Assembly (NCBI GenBank): GCA_965644295.1 | Contig: CBFFRP010000186.1 | Coordinates: 1 to 64,000 of the forward strand | Direction of reading: 5' to 3' | Length of the DNA stretch: 64,000 bases | Source: Paraphysomonas bandaiensis | Lineage: Eukaryota > Protista > Chrysophyceae | In this document: positions 21,801 through 37,300 of the stretch, one piece after another | Layout: each line of letters opens with the position of its first letter | Position numbering within the stretch: the stretch's first letter is position 1 | Notes under the pieces: model-generated | What the model saw: the letters and a program-made list of their open reading frames with translations, nothing else | Database searches by the model: none | Told to the model about the DNA's origin: nothing | Position numbers and translations under genes: made by a program

Positions 21801-22302
21801 TCACGGCGTCTTCCCCACACAGAAAGTTGATCTCTCCTAACATGGGAACTTTTGTGATTACTATGAAGGTTCGCACCCTCCTACACCTGGTCTCTCTAGG
21901 CATTACAGTTTTCCACAACTGTATTCTTAAGCTAATGGTCATAAATCAAAAACCTTGAAATATGGCATTAAATTGCTTGCAAACAGTAAAACTCAACACC
22001 ATGTTGTTAATTGTGACTTTCCCAGAAGCTTTTGACCTAAACATTTACTGTATTGTCAACTACTGTAAAAATTCGTACAGCTAATTTGTTGACAGCTTAG
22101 TGATTATTATCACAAGTATATATATTTAATTCTTAGAGAGAAATGTTGCGCTGCAGGGGTATGGTCAGGATAACTCAAGAGGACGACTCACATAGGGAGC
22201 ATGATAAAGTTCCATATAAGACGAATAAACATATCAAATTATTCGCTCATTGAGCATTAGTGATTTCATATCAAAGGGAATCAAACTATTACGTCATGTT
22301 CG

Positions 22303-25300
22303 CTAAACATCAGAAATTGTCCTGTAAGTCCAGTACGCATGCTTCAGCATTAAAGAATCCGGCACGTTCTCGAACCAGCTCAGTGACTCCAGATCAACCT
22401 CTGAACTGTAGGTAAGGTATTCCTTCAGTACCGCATCCTCGGACCAAGCTGCTGAGCTAAGCTGTTCCGTACAAAATTCCCTCAGGATGGGTAAAAATAC
22501 AAATGTATCAATAGCTCCGGTACTTGTAACTCGCTGCAATTCCAGCAGCATATCTTCAGGGAGAGGGGCCCTGTATGCCAGTGCCACGGTGGAGAGTGGA
22601 TCATCATCTCCCTGAGACTCCAGACTTACGTAGAGAGACTGCAGATGACATAGACGTATATGCTGAGCAAGAGATGGGCAGCGAATCTAGAAAACTCATC
22701 AGAAGACAAAATTAACAGAACGAAGAAGAGTTTGCTACGTACCTCTTCCCACTTTCCAGGGCGCATAAGAAGCACTTCAAGAATATAGGACTCCAGTAGC
22801 ATGCCCTCGTCCAGGGACTGAGTCGACCCACCAGTCTGAACAATGAAAGTCATACACTCCTCTAACACAACCTGTAGACGAGCCAGTCTGGTTTGTGTAT
22901 CCAGTTCAGCCCATATCTATTCATGGATTATATACATGAAGAATTATAAGAACTGTGCTGTACCTGATCCGCGAGTGCTGCAGGAAGGGGGACCTGCTTG
23001 ACCTTCGCAGCCAGTCCCCTAAGCCCGCCAGACTTTCTCACCTCTCCTGCGAATTGAAACTGATGAATGTGCAACGCAAGAGGTGATGACGAAGTTAGTA
23101 GTGCTTCTTTTAGCTCCGAATCGATGCGTTGGAAGTTAAAGCCCTTTAAATGTCCACCACCTGGCCCAAGTCCCTGCAAATAACAAACTAGTTATCGTTT
23201 TAGCTACAATCACGAATCAGGTATAAACCTGATGGGCAGCGGCTGAAACAATCGGCATAAGCGTTGTCAATCTGTCATATCGTAGCAACCTATGCCGAAT
23301 AATTGGTATAGGAGTTCGGTGAGAAACAACAGGCACTCTGGGCATCTCGTTGAGCTGTATTTCATTTTCAGGCCGATCACTAATCTCTTGCTGTTGTTCT
23401 TGATCTCTCTGCTGACGTAGGGAAGGGGTCATACCTGGGCGCCTCAGCGGAACGGCGCGCACCGGCTTCTCAAGCATGTCATGACTTTCTTCCTCAGCAA
23501 CCAAATTGGATTTCTCAGGAAGAGCTGTCAGTGATGCCACGATTCTATTGTGGCAGTCCTGCAGAGCTGTGAGAAGTCGAATCGTGCACAATCCTGCGGC
23601 TTCTGTTTCACCGTGGAAGGCAGTGGGCAAAGAAAAGTTTATTGTTGTTTTTTCTCCCATCAGCCCATCAAGCTCTCCGCGCTTCCCTCCAGTTAAATCA
23701 ACCACACCATCCTCAGTTATAAAAGGATTAGGGTTACATTCGTACAAGAACTTCACCAGATGGAAAGATTTATTGAATGCAGTGCAGAAAGCAGACAATA
23801 ACCCGCGCGCCTGATCTCTCTTATCAACCGGGGCAAGAGTATCAATCACATAGGAATTACTCCACATGGACGCCTGCGGCATATCATTCCATTTAAAACA
23901 GCATACACAATACAAAGTTCGACACACACCTGATCCCTGGTGATAGTTGATGGAAGTACGGAAAAAAGAAAAGACTGCCATGCAAGTATGTCTGCAATGT
24001 GTTCTACGAGTGGAAGTGTCGCCTCATTGCTGAGAACAGCCTCTATGACGGGAAAATCTACGGCATTTCGGGATCTAAGGCGAAACCACCTCGTAAAGGA
24101 CTCAAACGAAACAGGCTCTCGTACTCGCCACATCAACTCTCGATAAGACTGGACAGTTGGAAGATGGTCTGTTTTATCACTTTCCGCTAGCGGGGATTCA
24201 AGAATGCGACTCCAGCTACGCCCAAGACTGTCGGCCAGCATGAGAACTGTGACTGCACCAGTATTTTCTTCCCTTGCCTTGCGCACTATCTCTCTAGACC
24301 TGCAGTACAACGTTACATATGAACACTACACAATGTAGCAGTACAGCAGACAAAAATAGGAACTTACTGAGTAGATGCAAACACTGGATCAGAGGAAGTT
24401 GCCTGAAAGAAGTTTTCAAGTTGAACTCTAAGTCAAAATCATATATTAGTAGCAGATACGCTACATTGCACGTTGCTTACCGTACACCGTTAGTTTTAGG
24501 GCCGCCATAAAAGGCCGAAAGATCTCGGTTGCATAATGAAGAGAACACCATATGCAGTCCCATGCAGAGATCCTCCTCTGTAAACGATGTACAACTCTTC
24601 ATAGAGCGAAAATCTAATTTCAATCGCTTCCATAGCGCAGGCATAATGTCTTTGGGTTGTGAAAGTTTCATAACCACTGCGAGCTGTCGTTGAGTGAATT
24701 GTGACGACGACGCCCCGATAATCATTGCGGCGTGAAGCATGAACCTCATTGCCATTGTGGCTATACTATTCTTATAAGTGGAGGACTTCAGGGTATCGTC
24801 AGTAAAGTAGCCCGGCTCAGCGTGATCGATCCCTATACCCAAACGTGTGGTGCCCGTTACTGAAGTGTGATTGGTACCTCCAATTAGTGCTCCACATCCT
24901 GGAGCAGAGCAACGAGTTTTCTCCATGGGAAACGTGCACTCACCCACTGTATAAGGATGTCCATTCCTAAACAGTCACAAAAATAATGCTACGTAAGGCA
25001 CACATTCGGTAGAGTAGTCTTGATACAAAACCGCACTTTTCACAAAAAAACACCTCCATAGAATACACTGAAGCCTACCTGCACTTGTACCATCCCACAT
25101 AACCCATAGCGGAAGTCAGCATTTCCATCTCGCTTCTGGGCATAGAAGGAAGATACATGTTCTTCAACTCGCTGGGGTTATGAATTGCCATACCCAAATA
25201 AAATTGTGGATGCTCCACCGCAAGAATACCGACATGTGCTATCAACTGCTCCACTAACAACTCGCGCTTGTTTCGGTCAACTCTTGGTGGCAAGGACTGA

Positions 25301-28300
25301 ATCCATCTAAGAACTCCTCTCCAGACAGATAAATCGCTTGAGTTTTGATGCGAAGGGCTCAGACTACTAATCCAACTTTCCAGTGATGTCGTGTCATCGC
25401 CACAACTACTACGCTGAGTAAAAAAGGCTCCAAAAATGAGTCCCACAGCCTGATGCGTATTCAACGTATTACTCTGTTGCATCTTTTGGTGCCATGCCCT
25501 TATACTACATTCCGGCCCATTTTGAAAAATAGAAAGTTTATAGGCCTCACATGCAGAAATATAAGAACTTCGTCCATGCATTGTACAGAAAGGATCTACC
25601 ACCATACACCCAAGGCCCTTCCTGTTGCACAGCAAGCGAGCATTCGATGGAAGAGCAGGGTGTCCATTGGGTCTCTTTAGGTACTCCACTAGCATGTCAT
25701 TTCCAGCTACCTCACGTACGACCTTCATAAAGTACACAACAGCTTCGTCGCATTCACATAACAGGGTAGCAACGCTGTCATCGGTACACCGAGGAAAGTC
25801 TGTGTCATTTTCAAGTGACGTCGACAGGAAGGAACATACATCTCTGACGTAGTCACGAATGACATACCTCGCACATACCACTGAATCGATGACATCGATC
25901 CCTTTCTCTCTAAGCACACGCGAAGCATTATCGCTGACCTCGGCTGTAAGATACTCGTACATGCACTGCAAATCGCTCCCCTTAATCATTTCTACGCTCT
26001 GAGTTGCGTAATAGTCTTCAACAATTCCCAGATATAGCTCTGTCACCTCCTGCCCCTCATCATTTTTCACTGACATTAAGGAGCACAGGGTACTTTTTGC
26101 TAATTTAACTGTGCTCCTATCCGAAGCATCAACTATTATGTCCCGAAAGATTCCTATGAGTGCCTTTCTCAGCCGCAAAAAACCAGGGGAGTCAAGGTGA
26201 TAAAACCGCTCGGGTAGTGAAAACAAAAGACACCCCATTTCACTTAGCAACAATTCTGAGAAAGACGTTTCAACACAGTCTACTGAATGAAGAAAAGTGT
26301 ATTCGGTCCATACGAAACCTAACAGATACTCCCTGACAAGACTACATCGAAGAGAGCCTGTGGTATCACAAACGCGTACAAAGTTGTTGAGACACGTGTG
26401 GTTCATAGGGATACAGTTAAACGTAAATTTTACAGTCTCCAGAATTCCATGACGAGCTTCTGTTTCTATTGTAATGTGTGCGTCCAGGCAATGCAACGTC
26501 TCAGTCAGAATCGCCGCAGAACATTGTAGACCCCAGAACCTTTGCAGTAATTTTTCCTGTCGCAAAGATAATGGTGACCTATTGCAATTTCCTTTTTCTG
26601 TCGATTCCAGCAGGAAATATGACAGCAAGGTTCGTAGATTTGGTGCGATTCGATGGAACAGACGCAACACACACTGCGTATGTTTATACATCTCGGATCT
26701 GCCTTTATAATTACTGTCTATGCTACAATTGCTAGCACATGCATTGAAATCTGTATCAATACTATTCCTCAGGGCATCCAATAGGTACTCTGTAATAGTT
26801 AAGCATGCGATTTCCTCCACCCAACCTGCTTCAGTGGTACCTTGTGTCGTAGTCTTTTGCATTTCTCGAATAAAGATTTCATCAATGCATTCCGCGCCAA
26901 ACAAAGCTTGGGTAATTGGATCACTCATGGCGTTACTAACAGCAGACACAATTGTTGAAGTGTGAAATAGAAGATTATCGTATCTCCAGTGGCATGCGTG
27001 CACAATACTGGGCCTGAAATTACAATTACTTTTAAGAACACCTCGTATTATAGTCTCCATAATACTGTAGTGTGTACGAAATGACATGCCAGGAACAGGG
27101 TGAAATGTAGCAGCAACAAAATCATGGAGATATGCAGTTGAATTAGACTCTAATAAACTGGATATTGTCCCGCAAACGTCATCTTCAGGCGCGACAACAG
27201 AGCTAATATAGGAAGCAATGGAACGCGCTATATATGGCAGCGGGTCACCTCCGTCTGATGCATTGAAGGCTGCGGCCTCCACATTATGCCTCGTCGTGTC
27301 ATGACTGAGCAGACTGATTATACGTTCACTGAAGGGAAACTGACAGGCTAGAGGGTAATGAGTTCCACTGTTTCTCACAACACAGTCAGAAAAGTAGTCT
27401 TGACTTTGAGGGGAAGTAATCAGACAAGAACGCGCAATCGCTTCAGGCCCAAAAAATTTTTTTGCAAGAGCGAGCCATCTCTCTAACTTGAAATTTACAT
27501 TCTCTGGTTCCGCAGAGAAATATAGATTAGTATGTAAATTGAGGAGGTTGAAATCTCTGTCTAGATTGCGGAAAACATGGGCGAGTGCTTGAACAACCAT
27601 AACCTCCAGGGAATGCAGAAGTGACTCGCGGAAAGTCCCAGATGAGTTGTCGTAATCTCCACATGCTATTTCGACATGAAAAAATGTACCTGAAACCATT
27701 AAGTCTGACTTTTCATCTAGACAGGAGAGTACACACTCTTCGATATATTCAAAAAACTTTGGGAGGGAAAGCAGGTCTTTCACAATTTTTATATACGAAA
27801 TATTTGACACAGATTCAGGTCTCGTTGGGGTGTGACATCTGGAAAGAGCACTCTGAAAAGAGTCTAAAATGGTTACTGAAAGCATTCGTCTATTATTCAA
27901 ATACAAGGAGTTCACTGATTGCGATGTAATATCTTCCAAGGAAAAACCCTCCATGTCAGATGAGGCACGCACATCGTCCACAAAGAAATACTGCCACGGT
28001 GGGTGGAAGTCTAAAATATACTCTCGGTGTCTTGATTTTACCCCAGGCGGGAGGTGCATCACAAACACTATATTGCGACATGGTGCGGAATATCCCCTTA
28101 TGTGAGAGTACCTTTGCACCGCGCGTACGCACATGTACCTCGCATGGCTCACCAAAGACGAAGTACAATGTAGGGGATCGCACAAAACTATCAGAGTACT
28201 TGGAGAACCGAAAGATTCGGAGCCAAGAAATAAGTCCAACTCACTCGCCATTTGCCTCTCCGACGACACCAGTGCTAACTGTAACACCCGCAAGTCCTCA

Positions 28301-31300
28301 CACCGTACAACGTACCCTTCCAATGCACTTGTTTTACGAGCACAGCTCCACGAATCGCACGCTAAACTGAAGTGAGACACAGGAGATTTCGTTGTGACAA
28401 GTAATAGTTTCCCTTCTTTTTCGGAAGAAATATAAAGCTCATTCTCTAAAAGGTCGAATATATGAGTGTAACGTGCCATATATACACTGCATGGATCTTT
28501 ATTTCTATATCTTATATCTAGCTCGTACTTAAGTGCTGGCGATTTCATGACAGCTGTTGGAAAGACAACATCCAGTAATCGCAACTTTGCCCTCAACACT
28601 ACATCATGAAGACTGATTCCATAATCAGTTGTACTTTTGTTGTCCAAATATATTTCTCTCTGGCAGTAGTCTGATAAGTTCAGCACAAGCGAGGGGATTG
28701 TCTCGGTATAAAAACCACAAAACACCTCGCTCAAGGAAGTAAATGATGTTTCCTTCAAAATTAAATTGCACCATTTCATCAGTTCTTCAGTTGCTATTTT
28801 GCCTCCTGCGCTGGAGAGAATATCTGCTGGGGACAATACTTGCTTCTCGAACCTGTTAAGAAGAGGCAAGTCGAGAGATTCATAGGCTTGCTGCTGGTCA
28901 ACAATCACAATTAGTTTAAAACCCTTCTCCACGGGGCAAAGCTGAGATCTTGGCCCTAGAGCCAGTCGAAGCATCCTCATCTCTACCCCAGTCTCTATGT
29001 CCCTCTTGAGGACGTATCGCTGATTGAGGACATCATATAAGCTCTCAAACATGCTACACAATTAGTTAAACCAAAGAAACATAGGGTATGATACGGTAAT
29101 TGATACCTCTCGTTGTGAAGCAATGTGACTATTTGTCCTTTCGCCATGGCGTTCTTCACCTGGGAAGCACAATGAGGTGTAAATTACAAAATAGCAGGCA
29201 CACTACTTGATTAATTTGTTGGATGATATGCAACTCCTGCAGGTCATCCTTGAACCGGCTCCCTACCAATACTGTGGTAGAAGCGTGTGACAATACACCG
29301 CAACCAAACATCAGTTGCAGTGCCATATCACTGGACGACAAAACCATCAGGTGTCGAGAGGAAAATGAAGAAAGGTTGTCTTTGATGAGCTCCAAAGTAG
29401 ACGGCACAGCAGGACATAGTGATTTCCGAGTGCTCAAGGAATCACAAAAGCAGTGTGTATAGAATAGGTCAATCAATGCCGGCAAGGACTTAGGGCGTCC
29501 ACCAAAATTCCTGGCCACAGCTGTAATCAAGTCCAATGGGGTCAATGCTTGAGCGCCCTGACACATGTACACCTCACGCAAGTGTTTTAAAAGACTATAA
29601 TAGTCTCTCATTCCTATAAAATCTCTAGTCCCTGAGCCAAAGAATTTTTTTTGGTCAGAGTAAATAATGTGAAATGCTTTGGCAAGATTCATAAGCCATG
29701 GCTGAAGTCTAGTAGCCCCGCTGTCTTCTCTGGCAAGCACAGGGCCACGAGGTGGGCTATCACCATCTACAACCGCTTCAGTTGTAGATCCCACGATGTT
29801 TTTGCCTGTGAACATGATGTCTTCCGCACTAGGATCAGGGCGTTGTAGACATATAGCGCGGTTCATTTTACTACTGTCTAAAGTCCAGTTTGATAGACCT
29901 ACTATCGCAACCGGTGGGTTTACAAGCATATAATGAAGCACTTTTAGAGGCATATCAGGTGAGTTTTCAGCAAGTCCAACCTATGATTTCAACAGCTAAA
30001 AAGCGAATATTTTACGTAGGAATACTTTTTACCTCATCCAGCAGCAGCACTGTTAACACATCTTCGCTGTGCTCCTGATAAGACTTAGCGGCTTCAAATT
30101 GGTATAAGATGGAGGCAGAAGTGGAGAGAGGAGAACACTGATACTGAAATATGTAAACTGCTGGAAATTTTCTCCATAAGGGCATGGGAGATAGCGATCC
30201 CTGAAGATTGGAAGCTATTACCTGAATTGCCAACGTCTTGGATGTACCAGGGCGCCCAACAATAAAAATTGGTATCTTATTCAAGATGCATATTATAGTG
30301 ACAAACAAATTCTCTGTGAGCGCTTGGTTCATCGCAATGGATGGCTCCACCACGAGATTGTTAACGAAACGCCTCTGCATATTTTCGACAACACTCTGCA
30401 TAAATCCTTCACGGGCCAATGCATCAAACTTAATCTTAATGGCAATCTTGCTCCATCTTTTAACAACAGATGACAGCTGAATAAAAAAGCTTCTCCTAGC
30501 TTCTGAGGATGGTAGACGGTAACCGTATACATGGGAGATAGCCAAGACCGTCGATCGGCACAGCAGAGAAATTATCATTGACCCCTTGTCCTGCTGCCTC
30601 TTTCGCATTCCGATCTTGTAATAAAACCATATCAGGAGGTCAAGACACCGCTGAACATCACGCAACGAAACTACACTGGGGTCGCCTTCAAATTCCCTTA
30701 GGTAGCATTGACATCGTCCAATTAGATTTGATATCACATTTCTCTCATCCAGATTGGAAAAAGAATTGAGTTTCTTATCAACCATGGACTGAATATAAAG
30801 TGCTTCAGTGTCATCTTCAAGTGATCCAAAGTCGAAAATGAAATCTTTTAACGTAGGTGGGATTGGATGAACTTTATATACAAGGTTTTTGATGTTGCCT
30901 ACTTCTTCACTAAGCTTTGTAGAATTACTATCCACTCTTAATTCCAGCCCTGCACCAATTCCATCGTCTCCTCTAGAGGATTTTACGCGATAAGGATTCA
31001 GGGCAGCTAATACCTTAATTCCTTCATGAATGCGCTGTCCTCTAATACTACGATGGCATATGGCCTCTGTGATGAGTCCCATGTGAGGGCATGTATTTAT
31101 TTCATCAAGAAACACATAAACGGCAGCTTCAGATGGATTGCTGGCAAGTGCATCTGAGGCTGATCGGAACACTGATATGATATCATCTTCAGTTGTTCCG
31201 CCATGAACGTCTAGTGAGATAAGCTTTACATTTAGCCAGGCGCAGAGAAAGCTCAATAGCATCGTCTTGCCACACCCGCACTCTGGTGGTATGATACCAG

Positions 31301-34300
31301 AGTGAGTCAATAATAGCGATAAAAAATAGAAATTAAAAAGACAACAGCATCCTATACTTACCTCCCAGAAGCACGACAGGAACTCCACAGCGCACCCTAT
31401 GTGCTATATCATCACAGCACACAATATATTTGAGAATGTACCTGTATACTATGGCAAGAATCTTCAGCAGTGAATCTCCAGTCAAGCAATATGATCCTCC
31501 AAGCAACTAATAAACGAAGTCAATTGCGCATAACGAAAAAGACGGCAAGCACTCACTCGTGAAGCTTCTTCTGGTCCTCTGTTAATTCCAGTCAACGCAG
31601 AAAGAATCTTCCAGTAAGAGGATGAAAAGCTATCAGCAGTTCCAGTCCCGCCCTCTACACCGATGCCATTTTGCTCTAAATGCCTCAACAGCATAGGATG
31701 GAGCTTTTTCTTTAGTTTCTCCGGTCGGGTAGAAAGAAATACCACTCTGTGAGCACTATTGTTGAATAAAATGCATTCGTGGTTGCTGTCCTGCCATCGC
31801 AATAGATGTACGTCGTATTCCCCTTCTGGGGTTATTTCCTTACCACCGCAGTCGTCCTGGCTAATCATACACATCCTGCAAGACTTCTCAATAACATCGG
31901 GTGGGAGGTACATCCAGTTCTGGGACACAGCATTGTCATCTCCCATTATAAAATAGCCCTGCACATAGATAAAAACCAGAATATGAGTTGCACGGTAAGG
32001 GCACCTGATCCTCATTACACTGGGGGGCAACAATCCATCTTCTCTCTTTAGAAAAAAATAAATGTCGTCTAACTCCATCCGTCAAAGTAGTGGATGGCAT
32101 CTTGATGTAGTGCGGTCTTCCGTTGATATCGTCATAAGGTGGCTGTCTGAGGTAGAGTCCATCCTCAGTAAAGGAACAGTATGCACCTTTACCAAGCTTG
32201 CCGCACCCCGATATGCGAATGGCTTCTCCTCTGTATGCGTCAGAACGGTTGACATTTACCGCCTCACTGCAAATAGAGGTTGACTTTTGCCACTCTAGAG
32301 AGCTTACCCAAGGCGATGTTAACTCTGGGCCCAAAGAGTATGAATACGTCGAGCCGCTATTCTCGATGATGTCATCAATAACCCAAGAGTGTGATAAAGA
32401 TCTATAATAAAGATAGAAGCAGCCACATGGACTGCGAAAACACGGCTTCCCATCATTGTTGTATTCACACCGCCTCCACGACTTGTTGAAAACTCCTCTC
32501 GTCATACCAGTCACACGAACCTCCGAAACACCGCCATCACTATTTCTAACTTCACTTTGACGAGTGGCAAATTCAGCAGCCGTTTTTATGATGAACAACA
32601 TGATCTCTCCTTTGATTTTACGTTTTGTTCTTACGTCCTCTTGCAGTGTTCGTACTCCAGCTGAGCCATCAGGCATGCATGCCCCATTCAAGGGGCTATC
32701 AATGTGATGCATTTCGTTAAACTGCCAGTATAAAACATTAACAAAATTCCACATACACCAGAGACTAATGTTTGTGTTTTCTTGAGTAGTAGCCACATTT
32801 TTAGCACTTTCGTTATCTCTACGTTCACCAAGATTACTGAATCCTCCTGTCATGCCTGCAAACAAGAGATCAAATGCTCGTGGCCCATCAATGCCATATC
32901 CACTCATGAGAAGTCGCTCAATGTCAGCCTGGGTTCCCATATTTTCAATGATCTGGCCTTGTTTTTCTCTTTCCTCCAGAGATTGAATTCGATTCACACT
33001 AATATTGCTAGCAGTCGAGGAGTTGCTCTTGGCAGATACTGTTTCGTACAAATCAATTAACCTATTTCTTTCCTCTGCTTCCATGTCGTTCGGCTCACTT
33101 ACTGCGAATTCATATGGGAACGTGCCACAAGCATGCTGGAGAATATTTAGTGCCACACAAACATACCTCAGTCGTTGAAACGCAGTGGACGACTCAACAT
33201 TTCGAGAATAGAGTCCGGAGCCAACTATGCCATCGTAGAGTGGAGAGAAGTAGTCCTCCCCCATTCCGTGTTTCAAATCCGACTCAGAAAAACAAAAAGA
33301 AAGCCGAGACGCTGCTGTCAGCTCCATAGGGTAGATGGCACAATGAGATAAAGAACCATGTAGAAGCGATGCTGCCATCTCAATGCATACGGCACTCTTC
33401 GGAGGGGGTACCAAAGCATACTGACCATACCCATCCGAAACAACACCAAGAACAGCGAGTTCAAAAATAAATGATGCTAAACTTGAGTTAACAGAGTTGG
33501 CGACATCCAGATGAAACACATGAGATTGGTAGGCAGATGAATTGAAAGTATTGCCAATACGGCGCAAGAGTAACGCTCTGTCAACAGGACAATTTACAGA
33601 CCCGTTGATAGGAATGTATATATATTTCCCATTCATTTCGTGGGCCTTGGTTCTGACCATAAATGACTTCCCAGCACCCGCACGATTGCCGTGATATACT
33701 TTCACCATCGGCGAGTAATCAGGTAGGGAGGCGAAAGCCTGAGATATAGCAACAGGAGACAGCGCGCATGGTGCAACTACATTGTGCTGAAATTGAGCAA
33801 CAACAGGACATAGATGCCTACTTCCCTGACAAGAGAGAACCAACGGTCCGCGTCTTTCTCTAACACTACCACCCTCTTCGTATCCAATACTCTCTGCTAT
33901 TATTTCCCGAAGAATTTGCCCTACAGATTCTTGTACGTCATACGATAAACACTGAACTTTTAATACATAGAAGAGTTCATCACCAATGCCATATAAGTGA
34001 GACTCTTTCCAGCGATGTAAAAAATTCGTGACAGTTTCAAGTGGGGTATAGCGCGAACACACTAAACAATTTCTCCACTCTGGCATAACACTTCGGGATA
34101 TGTACAATGTCATGGCCTGCTCATACTCTATCACTGACGATACAGCGGAAACGGTGTACACGATGCCACTTTTCAGCTTGGGTACAGTTACGAACTGATC
34201 AAGATCATCATTAAGACAAACTTTACGCCGCCTGACGGGGACACAAAGAAGAGATCTGTGAATAGTTTCACACAGTGGTTCCAGAAGGTTGCTGCTAACT

Positions 34301-37300
34301 TCATCGACATTGAAACCACATGACAGCTCTTCCCAATATTGCAATAAATGGCTTGTTACTGAAGAGATCACGGAGCCATCGTAGGCAGCTTGTGCATTAA
34401 CAAAGCAAATAAACAGCGGCACTAAATTTTCAATTAGAGAGTTATTTTCCACCAGGGCGTGAAGCAACTGATAGCAACGCTTTAAATCGAAATAGTTCAT
34501 GAAGTAAAACCGTTTTCTTGCAGCGTTAATTCTCTCTTGCCATAATTTAAGTGCGCAACGAGCTTCTTCAACAGCGAGAACGTAGTCTTTGTCATCTGCA
34601 TCCACAGATATATTCTGCGAGTAGGACGGATAGTAGTCAAAGTGCCCACTGTCCATCAACGCTGACAAAACATCACGCAACTTACGAGCCCAACCGAGTT
34701 GGTGCAAAAATCTGTCCACAATATTTTTTAAACATCCTCCAACATTATCCCCGTCTCTGGACAAAACTATATTACTCTGAAAGTCAAGAAGTTCTGGAAG
34801 GGCGTGCTTGTGTGTCTTTTCCTCAATCTCACCAGCTCTCTCGTGGTTTCCAGTTGATCGACTTGCTGTTACGTATCTAAGGGACAAATCGTGGCTATGA
34901 CTAATACCGCTTTCGCCAGCTCCACCTGATGTCAGATCGTTTTCACCGACAACTTCACGCCACACACGTCCTTCCAGTACCCACGTCGATTTGCACTTTG
35001 GCTCGTATAACTTCATCAGTCTACTAGATGAAGCCCCCTCAACATTGTAGCGAATAATATCCATTAATGCTTCACGCACGCCACCACATTCAGAAATATT
35101 CTTGGCAATGACATTCGGATCCATTGACAAGTTTAAGTTAGAAAAAACTTCAAGAAAATCACGGACAGTTTTAAAGAGGGGTGGGTAGTTATAAAGATAT
35201 TTGTACAAGAAGCTGCGGATATTTCGAAGCATGGACAAGTACTTCTCTTCCACTCGACAATGAACGTCGTCCCATAATTCGGTGGGACATTCCATCTCTT
35301 GCAATCCCATTGCAACCTCCAAACTACTGGAGAAGGCGTTGTCATCACGAATAACCCGCAAGAAAGTTAATAAGGAAACATTCTCTCTCACGGACATTAG
35401 AAGATTCAGAGGGACAAGGAGAAGGCCCTCATCGAGAAGTAACGCTATGGGCCTGTACATGTCGAAATCGGATAGAGTCTGATTTTCCCACACCCCAGTC
35501 ATACTGACAGCTTGATTCAATTCTTTTAGTGATCGACTCAGCTCATTGAGCTCAGCAGCGGCCTCATCACTCACCAAAGACTTCGCAACTGAAAACATTT
35601 CCTCCAACTCATTTCGATTTTGTATGAGGCTATGTACATGTCGCCAATCTCTCAGCTTTTGTCGAATAACTTTCACTTCCCCAACCACTTCAGAGCTAGA
35701 TGCCTCTAGATATTTCCAGGGATTACCATCTTCGTTTTTATAAGAAAGTCCTGTCTGGACAAGAACAGTTTGTTCAGTGACATCCATGAGATAGTTGCTG
35801 TATTTCTCTATGGTGCCGCAAGTAATTGATCCTGTTTGTACGCTTAGGAAAAGATCGCGCCAACGTCTGCTTGTTAATTTTATCCTCATATCATCCACGC
35901 GCGCTTCACCAGCCTCTGTCCAGAGCATGGTGAAGAGTTCAGTTTTGTCAGCGCATACGAGAAGCCAGTCCAGTGCCTGTAGGAGCAATGCAGGCAGCGG
36001 GGGATAAGAACGAGTGCGGGTCGCATAGTCTTTCCCATAAAACTCTATGAAAACATCCGAGTAAAGGTCATGATCGTAAGGAAGTGGAAGTCGTAGAAAC
36101 ACTCTAACTGTGTTCAGAGTAAGAGCAACCCAATTATTGAGAGCTGCCTGAACGTCAGCAAGTATTACCTCATCTGCACTCAGAATTTGAAGAACCTACA
36201 ACAAGTTGTGCTGATTTTCAGATATAAACTCGAACTCACGTTTTACCTTGGCGACTGTCTTCGTTTCCACTAGCGCATTCTGAAGTTCAGTTTCCAAACT
36301 TTCAACTATACCAGGTTCGCCAAGTGCACATTTCAGTCTCCGCCACCCATCAGTGAGTAGGTCACGATTGAGGTGAATCTTTCGCAGCATATCCACTGTA
36401 ATATGACCACGGATACAGTTATCACTAATTCCGATAAAAACTTTAGAAATTATTTCATAAAGATTCTCCAATTTAGATCGCCACGGGGTGTCACCACGTG
36501 TATGTAGGAGCTCATCATCAGTTCTCCACTCGATGAGTGCTGACCAAAGGAAACATTCATAAGATATAACCTCCTGAAACACCTCCCACATGGGTGGGTT
36601 AGTTCTCCGACTTTCAATATCACTGAGCTCTTCTAATGTAGCATACTTGCGAGCCTTTTCGTATTGAGCCGCCATACGCTGGTCTACTCGAGTCATGACA
36701 ACGTGATGATGGCTGCACAAGATATCGCTCAATACATGCTGAGTTACCACACTGAGAGCCTCTTCTGATGACTGTTTAGCACTTCTTATAGCATTTAGCA
36801 GCTCACTTAAAACAGTTGAAGGTTGAAGAGTTCGTGCCACGTCGGCAGTTGTATCTCCGAAAACTTTTACCACTTCTAACGGCAATTCTTCACCTCTAGG
36901 AGAACAGATGTCAGCCACGTGCTGTACTGTCGACAATGAACGATCCAATTGCTTTTTTTCTCCATTCACATCGTCAACAAGAACAAACCCAAAGCACATC
37001 GAGTCAATGTGAATGCGCATCATCCATTCAATTGTCCTCTTCATCACCATATCCCCTTCATCATGCACAAGTGGGATGTCTCTAACTGTGTCGCTCCACC
37101 AGAGCAAGGCCTCACCTACAATTTCGTGATGGGGAATAGTATTGAGAGTTGAAATTGGAACTATTCTATTGAGCCAACGAGTAACTTCACGACGTAGGTC
37201 AGCCACCAACGAGCGGTCCATCGACCATTCCAATCGCTCAAGCAGTGAGCCTAGTAAACGAAGCGTGTGAGGCCCAACCGGAAATATGAACCTGACAGAC

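Noticed and set aside
36196-36198. In-frame TAG between two large ORFs of the RNF213-like gene as possible readthrough or pseudogenisation
   Set aside because: It is the 3' end of a 51-bp AAG|GTAAAA...TGTAG intron (36196-36246) whose removal keeps the frame.
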